Part shown: piece after piece, positions 57,254 to 64,000 of the stretch
Layout: the number at the start of each line of letters is the position of its first letter
How positions within the stretch are numbered: position 1 is the stretch's first letter
Assembly: GCA_035997125.1 (NCBI GenBank)
Contig: DASYIX010000052.1
Location: 5,752 to 69,751, forward strand
Reading direction: 5' to 3'
Source of the DNA: Gemmatimonadales bacterium
GTDB lineage: Bacteria > Gemmatimonadota > Gemmatimonadetes > Gemmatimonadales > GWC2-71-9
DNA: 64,000 bases
Notes under the pieces: model-generated
What the model was told of the DNA's origin: nothing
The model's input: only the letters and a program-made list of their open reading frames with translations
Database searches by the model: none
Program-made: the position numbers and the translations under genes

Positions 57254-57726
57254 TTCGAGTCGGCATCGGCTACGATTCACACCGCTTCGTTGATGGTCGT
57301 CCATTGGTTCTGGGTGGGGTAAAGATTCCGCATGCGCGAGGCTTAGCCGGCCATTCCGACGCCGACGCAGTGGCTCACGCGCTTACCGACGCCATCCTTG
57401 GAGCCGCGGCCGCGGGAGACATCGGTCAACTGTTTCCCGACACCGACCCCCGGTGGAAGGACGCCAATTCCATGGAGCTCCTCCGAACTGCCCATGAGTT
57501 GGTGCGAGGGCAGGGATACGCCCTGGCCCAGGCAGATCTCACCATCATCACGGAGCAACCCAAGTTGAGCTCCCATCTCGGCGCCATGGCAGCGAGGCTG
57601 GCCGAGCACCTGGGAGCCCGACCCGGATCCGTGAGCCTCAAGGCCAAGACCAACGAAGGAATGGGATTCATCGGCCGGGGAGAAGGCATCGCGGTCATTG
57701 CGGTCGCCACCCTGGAGGCCCGCTGA
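57250..57726 (+). CDS. ispF: 2-C-methyl-D-erythritol 2,4-cyclodiphosphate synthase
   Basis: IRVGIGYDSHRF, GHSDADAVAHAL, and the ATLE tail. ATGA overlap with mqnC. Confidence 0.93.
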   Translation: MIRVGIGYDSHRFVDGRPLVLGGVKIPHARGLAGHSDADAVAHALTDAILGAAAAGDIGQLFPDTDPRWKDANSMELLRTAHELVRGQGYALAQADLTIITEQPKLSSHLGAMAARLAEHLGARPGSVSLKAKTNEGMGFIGRGEGIAVIAVATLEAR

Positions 57727-57746
57727 TTGAGAGCCTCCTGGGGTGG

Positions 57747-58790
57747 GTGTCGCAGCTCCCCCCCATCGCGGTCTACACCGTCCTTGCGCTGCTGGCGGCG
57801 GTAGAGAACGTCATTCCTCCGGTGCCTTCCGACGCCGCGGTGGCGCTGGGAGCCTTCCTCTCCAATCGTGGCGTCACCACTCCCATCGGCGTCTTTACCG
57901 TTACCTGGTTGGCCAATCTCGCGGGCGCTGCCGCGGTCTACTTCGTGGCCCGTCGGTACGGTCGCAGGCTCTTCGCCACCTCGGTGGGCCGCAGGCTGTT
58001 GGCTCCTCGCTCGCTGGCGGTCATTGAACGGGAGTACCTCCGCTTCGGAGTCGCCGGCATCTTCGTGAGTCGATTCCTTCCCGGCATCCGCGCCGTGGTC
58101 CCTCCGTTCGCCGGACTGGTAAACCTGAGCCCGTTGCGCATGCTCGTGCCGACGGCGATCGCCTCCGCCATTTGGTATGCCGGCATCACCATCCTGGGGA
58201 CCGTCATCGGAGCCGAATGGCAGCGGATCAACCAGATTATGCTGGGGGTGAATCGGACGCTCGGCATCATCACGGTGGTGCTGCTACTCGCCGCCCTGGT
58301 GTGGTACTTGATCAGGCGGAAGCGACGGCGGCAGGAGCGAGTGTGGCATGCCACCCGTGATGCCCTCGACCCTAGCACTCCCTCCTTTCTCGAGGGTTCC
58401 GAGATCGCGGAGGGATCGGCCCGCCAGGCGGCGGCGTTGTTGGTCCTGGAGCTCGCGTATGCCGACACGGCGCTCACCGAGGCCGACCGGGATCTGGTGG
58501 TCTCTCACCTGCGCGACCGCTGGGGACTCAATCCTCAGAGCCCGCCGGCTCCCGAGGCGGAGTATGCCCGCCGGACCAGGTTCGCCGTGTATGCCGGCCG
58601 GCTCAGAGACCGGTTCGGACGGGGTCAGCGGCTGGCACTGGTCGAGCGGATGTGGACGGTTGCGTTCAGCGATGGTGCGATCGGCCATCACGAGGAGCGT
58701 CTCATGCACTTGGCGGGGGAACTGCTCGGGCTCCGGAAGACCGATGTGCTCGAGGTCCGCGCCCGGCTCCAGACCAGGCCGGAACCATGA
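57747..58790 (+). CDS. DedA (SNARE-associated) membrane domain fused to a TerB-like C-terminal domain
   Basis: N-terminal half: LLAAVENVIPPVPSD, FVSRFLPGIRAVVPPFAG (DedA signature), then a TM helix plus RRKRRRQ stop-transfer. C-terminal half: LELAYADTALTEADRDLV and WTVAFSDGAIGHHEERLMHLAGELLGL (TerB two-lobe pattern). Confidence 0.6.
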   Translation: MSQLPPIAVYTVLALLAAVENVIPPVPSDAAVALGAFLSNRGVTTPIGVFTVTWLANLAGAAAVYFVARRYGRRLFATSVGRRLLAPRSLAVIEREYLRFGVAGIFVSRFLPGIRAVVPPFAGLVNLSPLRMLVPTAIASAIWYAGITILGTVIGAEWQRINQIMLGVNRTLGIITVVLLLAALVWYLIRRKRRRQERVWHATRDALDPSTPSFLEGSEIAEGSARQAAALLVLELAYADTALTEADRDLVVSHLRDRWGLNPQSPPAPEAEYARRTRFAVYAGRLRDRFGRGQRLALVERMWTVAFSDGAIGHHEERLMHLAGELLGLRKTDVLEVRARLQTRPEP

Positions 58791-59707
58791 GCTTGCCCGC
58801 GGTTCGGGCCCAGATCGATCGGGATTTCTGGCTGGAGGGCTTCCGCGATTTCCTGGCGCTGGAGTCCGGGCACAGCGCCAACACCGTGGAGGCGTACCTG
58901 CGGGACCTCCGGCGCCTCGGAGAGTTCGCCACCTCGCGCGGGGTGCGCGAGCCCAACCGGCTGACCAGGGCCCTGCTGCGCGACTTCGTCTATCTGCTCA
59001 AGGATCTGGGATTGAGCGCCGCATCGATCCGCCGCGGCGTGTCGGCCATCCGGACCTATTACGGCTTCCTGGTGGGGGAGGGTAGGGTCACCGACGATCC
59101 CAGCGACCGATTGGAGAGCCCGCGCCGGGGGCGAGTATTGCCCGAGACCCTGAGCGTCACAGAGGTGGAGGCCCTCATTGGCGCACCGAGCGTGGAGCTT
59201 CCCCTTGCCTGGCGGGATCGTGCCCTCCTGGAGCTCGCCTATGGCGCCGGACTTCGGGTTTCGGAGCTCTGTGCGCTCGGGCTCACCGACCTCCTCCTCT
59301 CAGAAAACCTGGTGCGGGTGTTCGGCAAAGGCGGGAAGGAACGGCTGGTGCCCATCGGGCGCAGCGTGATCGGGGCGGTATCGGTCTATCTCCACACCAT
59401 GCGGCCCGAGCTCGACCGGGGAAAGAGTCGGGGTCGGGTGCTGCTGAACGCCCGAGGACAACCGCTTTCGCGAGTAGGTGCCTGGGGCGTCGTGAAGCGC
59501 TCAGCCGTGCGCGCCGGCATTACCAAGCGGGTCACGCCGCACACCTTACGGCACAGCTTTGCGACTCACCTGCTTGAGGGCGGTGCCGATCTTCGCGCCG
59601 TTCAGGAGATGCTCGGGCACGCCGATCTCTCCACCACGCAGATCTACACCCACGTCGACCGGGAATACCTCCGATCCATCCACAAGCAGTTCCATCCCCG
59701 CGGCTAA
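58787..59707 (+). CDS. xerD: tyrosine recombinase XerD/XerC family
   Basis: SANTVEAYLRDLRRL core-binding domain, RDRALLELAYGAGLRVSEL, HTLRHSFATHLLEGGADLRAVQEMLGHADLSTTQIYTHV. Confidence 0.8.
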   Translation: MSLPAVRAQIDRDFWLEGFRDFLALESGHSANTVEAYLRDLRRLGEFATSRGVREPNRLTRALLRDFVYLLKDLGLSAASIRRGVSAIRTYYGFLVGEGRVTDDPSDRLESPRRGRVLPETLSVTEVEALIGAPSVELPLAWRDRALLELAYGAGLRVSELCALGLTDLLLSENLVRVFGKGGKERLVPIGRSVIGAVSVYLHTMRPELDRGKSRGRVLLNARGQPLSRVGAWGVVKRSAVRAGITKRVTPHTLRHSFATHLLEGGADLRAVQEMLGHADLSTTQIYTHVDREYLRSIHKQFHPRG

Positions 59708-59717
59708 ACCGATTGCG

Positions 59718-61439
59718 CTAGAACGAGAGACCCGCGGCCGTCGGATCGGTCCGCTCGAATATCCGCCCCAGCCACTCGACCATCAGCGCCGCCTCGAACG
59801 CCATCGCCCCCAGGGCCAGAGCAGTGGCAGGAAGAGCGGCCCAGCCGCCGAGTGCCGGTCGGAGTAGCAGAAAGCCTCCGCCGGAGATCGCAGCCGGCAC
59901 CACGAGCGTGACGGCGAGCAAGGCCACGAAGGCAATCGTCATCAGGAGGTTCTGGCCCAAGGCTTCGACTCCGCCCGGTCGCCCTGATCCCAATCGCACC
60001 CAGGCGGGATAGAGCAAGGCCGCCCCGTTCTGAATCAGCATCCCCAGCAGGTTGATCCCTGGAAGGAAGACGATCGCCGCCAGCAGGAGCAGCGTGCGCT
60101 CCTCCAGGTCCGGGACCATGGTTTCATTACCCAGGAATGCCAGGTAGGCAAGGCCGAGCAGGCTGAGCTGGATCGCGGTGAGCATCAGCGTTGATGCCCC
60201 CGCCTCCGCGATGACCACAGACCAGCCGCGCAACGGGTAGCTCCGAAGCAGGTCGAGCTTCAACAGGTCACCCCGGAGGTCGTTGCGCACGTACTGGGAT
60301 CCGGTCAGGATCGTCAGCGCTGCCCACGACAGCGTGAGCCAACCAGCGATCTCGGACAGCGCGCCTTCGGGTTGGAACGACAGCGCCCCCACGAGCACTC
60401 CGGCGAGAGCGAGTGTCAGTGCCGCGTTGCGCGCTCGGCGAGTGCGGGTAACCGCGACGAGGTTCTTCCAGAGAATTGCGCCGGCGGGCCACCCAACTGG
60501 AGCCAGCCGCAACAATGGCCCCGTCGTCCTCGGTAGCCGTGACCGGCCGGCAGATCCTGTGCGGCGCTCCGACAGCGCCTTTGCCCGCCGTAGCGAGGCC
60601 TCGACCGCGGCTTCCTCGAAGGCCGTGTCCGCCCGGACTACCCAGACATAGTGGAGCACCATGAGCACCAGTGCGGGCCAGAGCGCGGCCAGCCATTGGG
60701 ACGCGCTATGCGCCGCCAGCGGCCGTACCATCACCCGGAACGGGTAGGTCAGTATTGTGGGGAGAGGACGCTGAGCCGCTTCCGCAGCCGCCGACAGAAA
60801 GCTGCGCGGCCCTCCGGCTCCTGCCGCCGCGACCTCCGGAAGCGCGTCCAGAATGCTCCAGACCAGCGCCACCAGTACCGTTGTAAGGGCAAGCAAGGAG
60901 ACGATCCGGTGCCGGACCGCCAGCCGTCCATGTTCCGAGAGACTAGTACGGACGAAGGAGGCGCCCAGGCGATGGAACGACAAAGTGGTCAACAGGACCC
61001 AGATCGAGATCGCTCGAAGCCAGGGTGACACGCCGAAGCGTTCCCGAGACAGGATCAACGTCCAGAGCAGCGCGTTGAAGAGAATCAGCAGCTGGCTGTG
61101 TAGCAGCTTGAATTGAATCAGTCCCCGACGGGACACCGGGCCGGCGAAGAGGAACGTCACCTCCGCCGGAGAGAAGGCGAGCACTCGCCTCTCGACCCCG
61201 AACACCCAGCCCCATGCCACCGCGCCAAGCAGTGCCAGGGCTCCCACCAACTCGAGGACGCGGGGGTCAGGCAGCTCCCCGGCCGCCGGCCCACTCCGCT
61301 GCCCCACGATCATGAACCAGAGGTATGCCGTTCCCAGTAACAGTGCGGCGAGGTAGCGGGGACTTTGCAGATGCCGCAGTTGCCTCCTGATCCGGTTATA
61401 CCCGGAGCGCCAGACCAGGTAACCGAACACCCGGATCAT
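59718..61439 (-). CDS. polytopic membrane protein, putative ABC exporter permease
   Basis: 573 aa with about 12 hydrophobic segments. 4-nt overlap with the upstream ABC ATPase. No recognised motif beyond topology. Confidence 0.5.
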   Translation of the reverse strand: MIRVFGYLVWRSGYNRIRRQLRHLQSPRYLAALLLGTAYLWFMIVGQRSGPAAGELPDPRVLELVGALALLGAVAWGWVFGVERRVLAFSPAEVTFLFAGPVSRRGLIQFKLLHSQLLILFNALLWTLILSRERFGVSPWLRAISIWVLLTTLSFHRLGASFVRTSLSEHGRLAVRHRIVSLLALTTVLVALVWSILDALPEVAAAGAGGPRSFLSAAAEAAQRPLPTILTYPFRVMVRPLAAHSASQWLAALWPALVLMVLHYVWVVRADTAFEEAAVEASLRRAKALSERRTGSAGRSRLPRTTGPLLRLAPVGWPAGAILWKNLVAVTRTRRARNAALTLALAGVLVGALSFQPEGALSEIAGWLTLSWAALTILTGSQYVRNDLRGDLLKLDLLRSYPLRGWSVVIAEAGASTLMLTAIQLSLLGLAYLAFLGNETMVPDLEERTLLLLAAIVFLPGINLLGMLIQNGAALLYPAWVRLGSGRPGGVEALGQNLLMTIAFVALLAVTLVVPAAISGGGFLLLRPALGGWAALPATALALGAMAFEAALMVEWLGRIFERTDPTAAGLSF

Positions 61440-62176
61440 TGCCCAGTGCTCTCCTGCTCACCGATGAGAGCCAGAAACACGTCCTCCAGACTCTTTCGAG
61501 TCTGGAGATCGGGCCGGCCGGCCACGATCTCCGGAATGGTGCCGAAGGCCACCACCCGGCCCCGCTGCATCACCAGGACCCGGGTACAGATCTCCTCCAC
61601 CAGATGCAGGAGGTGGGAGCTGAGGATGACGGCCGCACCTCCCGCAGCCCGCTGCATGATGGTTGCTTTCATCCGCCGAATCCCTACCGGGTCCAGGCCA
61701 GTCAGGGGCTCGTCCAGCAGCAACGCCTTCGGCTCGTGCAGAAGGCCGCAGGCAATGGCCAACTTCTGCTTCATGCCTCGCGACAGTTCTCCGGGAAGGG
61801 CGCCCCGCTTGTCCGTGAGATCGAGCTCACCCAGCAGTCCCGGAATCCGAGCCCCCACCTCGCCCAGGCGGTACAGCCGCGCGACAAAGCGGAGATGTTC
61901 CTCGACCGTGAGATACTCGAAGAGGTGCGGCTCATCGGGAATGAACGCGAGCGCTGATTTGGCGGCCACTGGGTCGGTGGCTAGGTCATGCCCGGCGATC
62001 CGAATCCGGCCCTTCGTGGGTATGATGATCCCGGCGATGCTTCGGATGGTGGTCGTCTTGCCGGCGCCGTTGGGGCCTACGAGACCTAGGACCTCGCCCG
62101 GGGCTACCTCGAAGGAGAGGGCTTGGACTGCTGGGAAATCGCCGTAAAGCTTTTGCAGGCCTTCCACTTGGATCAC
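61436..62176 (-). CDS. ABC transporter ATP-binding protein (ABC-2/CcmA-like)
   Basis: Walker A GPNGAGKTT, signature LSRGMKQKL, Walker B LLLDEP, H-loop SSHLL. GTG start. Confidence 0.9.
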   Translation of the reverse strand: MIQVEGLQKLYGDFPAVQALSFEVAPGEVLGLVGPNGAGKTTTIRSIAGIIIPTKGRIRIAGHDLATDPVAAKSALAFIPDEPHLFEYLTVEEHLRFVARLYRLGEVGARIPGLLGELDLTDKRGALPGELSRGMKQKLAIACGLLHEPKALLLDEPLTGLDPVGIRRMKATIMQRAAGGAAVILSSHLLHLVEEICTRVLVMQRGRVVAFGTIPEIVAGRPDLQTRKSLEDVFLALIGEQESTGQ

Positions 62177-62267
62177 GGGTAATCCCCGGACTTCCGGTGA
62201 AACTTTCCCTGCGGAGCCTACGTCACATATCGAAACATGTTACCCGGCATCCGGGCAGGCGGAATCT

Positions 62268-62996
62268 ATGCGAAACTATTGGCTGCGAATCGTGCTGGGG
62301 GCGGTGGCGATCTTCACGGTCGGAATGATCGGAGTCAGCCTGGCGAGACAGGGAGTCGGCCGGGTGCGCGGCGTGGTGCAGGGGAGTGGGCCGGTCTCGA
62401 TTCCCCTGGCCTTCGTGCCGTTCAACCTGGATGGCAGCAAGCTGGGCACCGTCGAGAAACTAACCCTGTTCCGTGACGCTCCCAAACGCATCTCGGCGGT
62501 CGAGATCCAAATCAAGCTGAAGGATTCCCTCTTGGCTGGTGGCCTGAGAGGATGCCGGCTTGCGGCCAACCTCGATAAGGACTCCGACGAGGGAGGGGTG
62601 CACATTCGGGCCGGTCAGTTCTCCCGCGGCGTATTCTCCTGCTTCACCGGGAATGACTCCACCGCGAACTTCCGGGAGTTTGGTCGGGCCTTCTTCCAAC
62701 CGGGCGGTGTGAGTGTGCCACTGCTCCTCCCCCGCGATGTCGTGGACGACCTCAAGAAGGGTGATTTCCACTCCGATGAGGATTCGACTGCAAGTGCCGA
62801 GGCGAGAGCCGACTCGATTCAAGCGGCGGTCGAGGCGAAGGCCGATTCCATTGCCGCCGCCGCCGAGCACCACGCCGACTCCATAATGGCGCGCACTCAC
62901 CGTTTGGTGGATTCCCTTCAGAAAGAAGGCCAGCGCCGGGCCGATTCCACCCGGCGGGTCCACCGCCGAATGGCGGACTCGCTCGCCCGCCACTAG
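62268..62996 (+). CDS. hypothetical membrane-anchored protein with C-terminal 11-residue repeats
   Basis: N-terminal TM ([21 protein letters not shown]). The C-terminus has about six ADS[IL]-phased 11-mers ([34 protein letters not shown] ...). Confidence 0.4.
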   Translation: MRNYWLRIVLGAVAIFTVGMIGVSLARQGVGRVRGVVQGSGPVSIPLAFVPFNLDGSKLGTVEKLTLFRDAPKRISAVEIQIKLKDSLLAGGLRGCRLAANLDKDSDEGGVHIRAGQFSRGVFSCFTGNDSTANFREFGRAFFQPGGVSVPLLLPRDVVDDLKKGDFHSDEDSTASAEARADSIQAAVEAKADSIAAAAEHHADSIMARTHRLVDSLQKEGQRRADSTRRVHRRMADSLARH

Positions 62997-63004
62997 AGTA
63001 CGGC

Positions 63005-63619
63005 ATGCTCCTCGTCCTCGATAACTACGACAGCTTTACCTATAACCTGGTCCAGTACGCCGGTGAGCTCGGCTCCGACCCGGTCGTCTATCGTAACGAT
63101 GCGCTGACGGTAGAAGAGGTCCTGGCATTGGATCCCGCGGGTATCGTGATCTCCCCTGGGCCGTGCACTCCGCGCGAAGCCGGCATCTCGGTGCCACTCG
63201 TGCGTGCAGCGGCAGGGCGAGTTCCCCTGCTCGGCGTGTGCCTGGGCCACCAGGCGATTGGAGAAGCGTTTGGTGGCAAGGTGGTCCGGGCCGATCGTCT
63301 CATGCATGGCAAGACCACTATGGCCGCTCATACCGGACACCGACTCTTCGATGGTATCCCATCCCCCGTGGAGGTAATGCGGTACCACTCGCTGGTGGTT
63401 TCAAATGAGCAGCTGCCAGACGAGCTCGAGATCATCGCGTGGTCGAGCGACCGTCCCCGGGGGCAGGAGATCATGGCCCTGGCTCATCGATCTCTGCCGG
63501 TCTATGGGGTGCAATTTCACCCCGAATCGGTGGCGACTCTGCATGGCAAGCGTCTCCTTGCCAACTTCCTCTCCCTCCTCGGAATCCGCTCAATACCCGC
63601 CCAACTGGTAACTGTCTAA
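63005..63619 (+). CDS. trpG: glutamine amidotransferase, anthranilate / aminodeoxychorismate synthase component II
   Basis: [34 protein letters not shown]. Confidence 0.9.
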   Translation: MLLVLDNYDSFTYNLVQYAGELGSDPVVYRNDALTVEEVLALDPAGIVISPGPCTPREAGISVPLVRAAAGRVPLLGVCLGHQAIGEAFGGKVVRADRLMHGKTTMAAHTGHRLFDGIPSPVEVMRYHSLVVSNEQLPDELEIIAWSSDRPRGQEIMALAHRSLPVYGVQFHPESVATLHGKRLLANFLSLLGIRSIPAQLVTV

Positions 63620-63680
63620 CTCTTTTACGCGCAAGCTGCTAGCTAATTGTCAAGAGCCGGCTGCGCTCGCGGCACAACTT

Positions 63681-63709
63681 TTGACTCAGGACCCCCTCCT
63701 TATTAGCTT
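63681..63709 (+). promoter_or_regulatory. sigma-70-type promoter for kdsB, leaderless-type spacing
   Basis: TTGACT (63681-63686), 17 nt spacer, TAGCTT (63704-63709). The kdsB ATG A is 6 nt after the -10, and there is no Shine-Dalgarno. Confidence 0.45.
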
Positions 63710-63714
63710 CCGTG

Positions 63715-64000
63715 ATGCGCGCCCTGGGCATCATTCCGGCTCGTCTCGGCTCAACCCGCCTCCCCAATAAACCGCTTCAGCTTCTGGCAGGTGAGCCACT
63801 TATCACCCGTGTCATCGAGCGGGTGCTGGACCATGGCCTGATGACGGAGCTGGTGGTTGCCACGGATTCGCCCCGCGTAGCGGCGGCGGCGGAGGGGTCA
63901 TCGGTTCGGGCGGTTCTGACCGGAGAGTCGCACCAGACCGGCACCGAACGGGTGGCCGAGGTAGCCGCTCGTCCAGAGTTCAGCGCCTTCGACGTGATCG
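63715..64000 (+). CDS. kdsB: 3-deoxy-manno-octulosonate cytidylyltransferase (5' part; continues beyond window)
   Basis: My translation is MRALGIIPARLGSTRLPNKPLQLLAGEPLITRVIERV...VVATDS...HQTGTERVAEV. It is absent from the ORF track because no stop lies in the window. Confidence 0.85.
   Translation, partial: MRALGIIPARLGSTRLPNKPLQLLAGEPLITRVIERVLDHGLMTELVVATDSPRVAAAAEGSSVRAVLTGESHQTGTERVAEVAARPEFSAFDVI

Noticed and set aside
58787-59707. Tyrosine recombinase as a marker of an integrated mobile element or island
   Set aside because: The full XerC/XerD-type motifs are present. The gene is translationally coupled to a housekeeping-type neighbour. There is no adjacent tRNA, no direct repeats, and no phage or conjugation genes, and flanking composition looks unchanged. 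It is most simply the chromosomal dimer-resolution recombinase.

Overview
GC-rich (by eye about two-thirds G+C) bacterial chromosomal segment. It is very densely packed, with only 4 of about 66 genes on the minus strand and many 1-4 nt start/stop overlaps. The content is core housekeeping. In order: coaBC-udg-dnaB-radA-ispD-tsaC-LMW phosphatase-aroE-comF; gap-pgk-tpiA; fpg/nei-secG-carA; hup; moaD-moaE-moaA-trmL; mdh-sdhCAB (cytochrome b558 type). Next come a two-gene envelope pair (beta-barrel-like protein plus Big_1/LVIVD lipoprotein), then an M1 peptidase and dcd on the minus strand, then a complete 14-gene nuoA-N. These are followed by pmm/pgm; a UPF0182-like membrane protein; arcC-sucC-sucD-ndk; yceD-rpmF-plsX-fabH-fabD-fabG-acpP-fabF; mqnE-mqnA-mqnC-ispF (futalosine route); a DedA-TerB fusion; xerD; an ABC exporter pair (minus strand); a hypothetical protein; trpG/pabA; and kdsB, which runs off the window end. 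I recognised no rRNA, tRNA, CRISPR array, transposase, phage or defence genes. I did not find a convincing discrete novel multi-gene system. The most unusual signal is non-coding: a recurrent architecture of tandem 7-9 nt units followed by their inverted copies. It sits at gene ends and spacers and is twice translated in frame. It includes a G-quadruplex-type (GGGGCAGC)4 array at the moaE/moaA junction and a heavily nested repeat region in the dcd/nuoA divergent spacer, next to a Rex-like operator. Gene-level oddities are a CX5CX2C cluster motif in the putative MqnE, a DedA-TerB fusion, a long Pro/Ala tail on SecG, a short NuoG, and an orphan carbamate kinase translationally coupled to sucCD-ndk. 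The lineage cannot be determined from this window; Gemmatimonadota-like or a neighbouring high-GC phylum is only a weak impression. All calls rest on motif recognition in the supplied translations and reading the DNA by eye. No searches or statistics were run, and start codons are best guesses.
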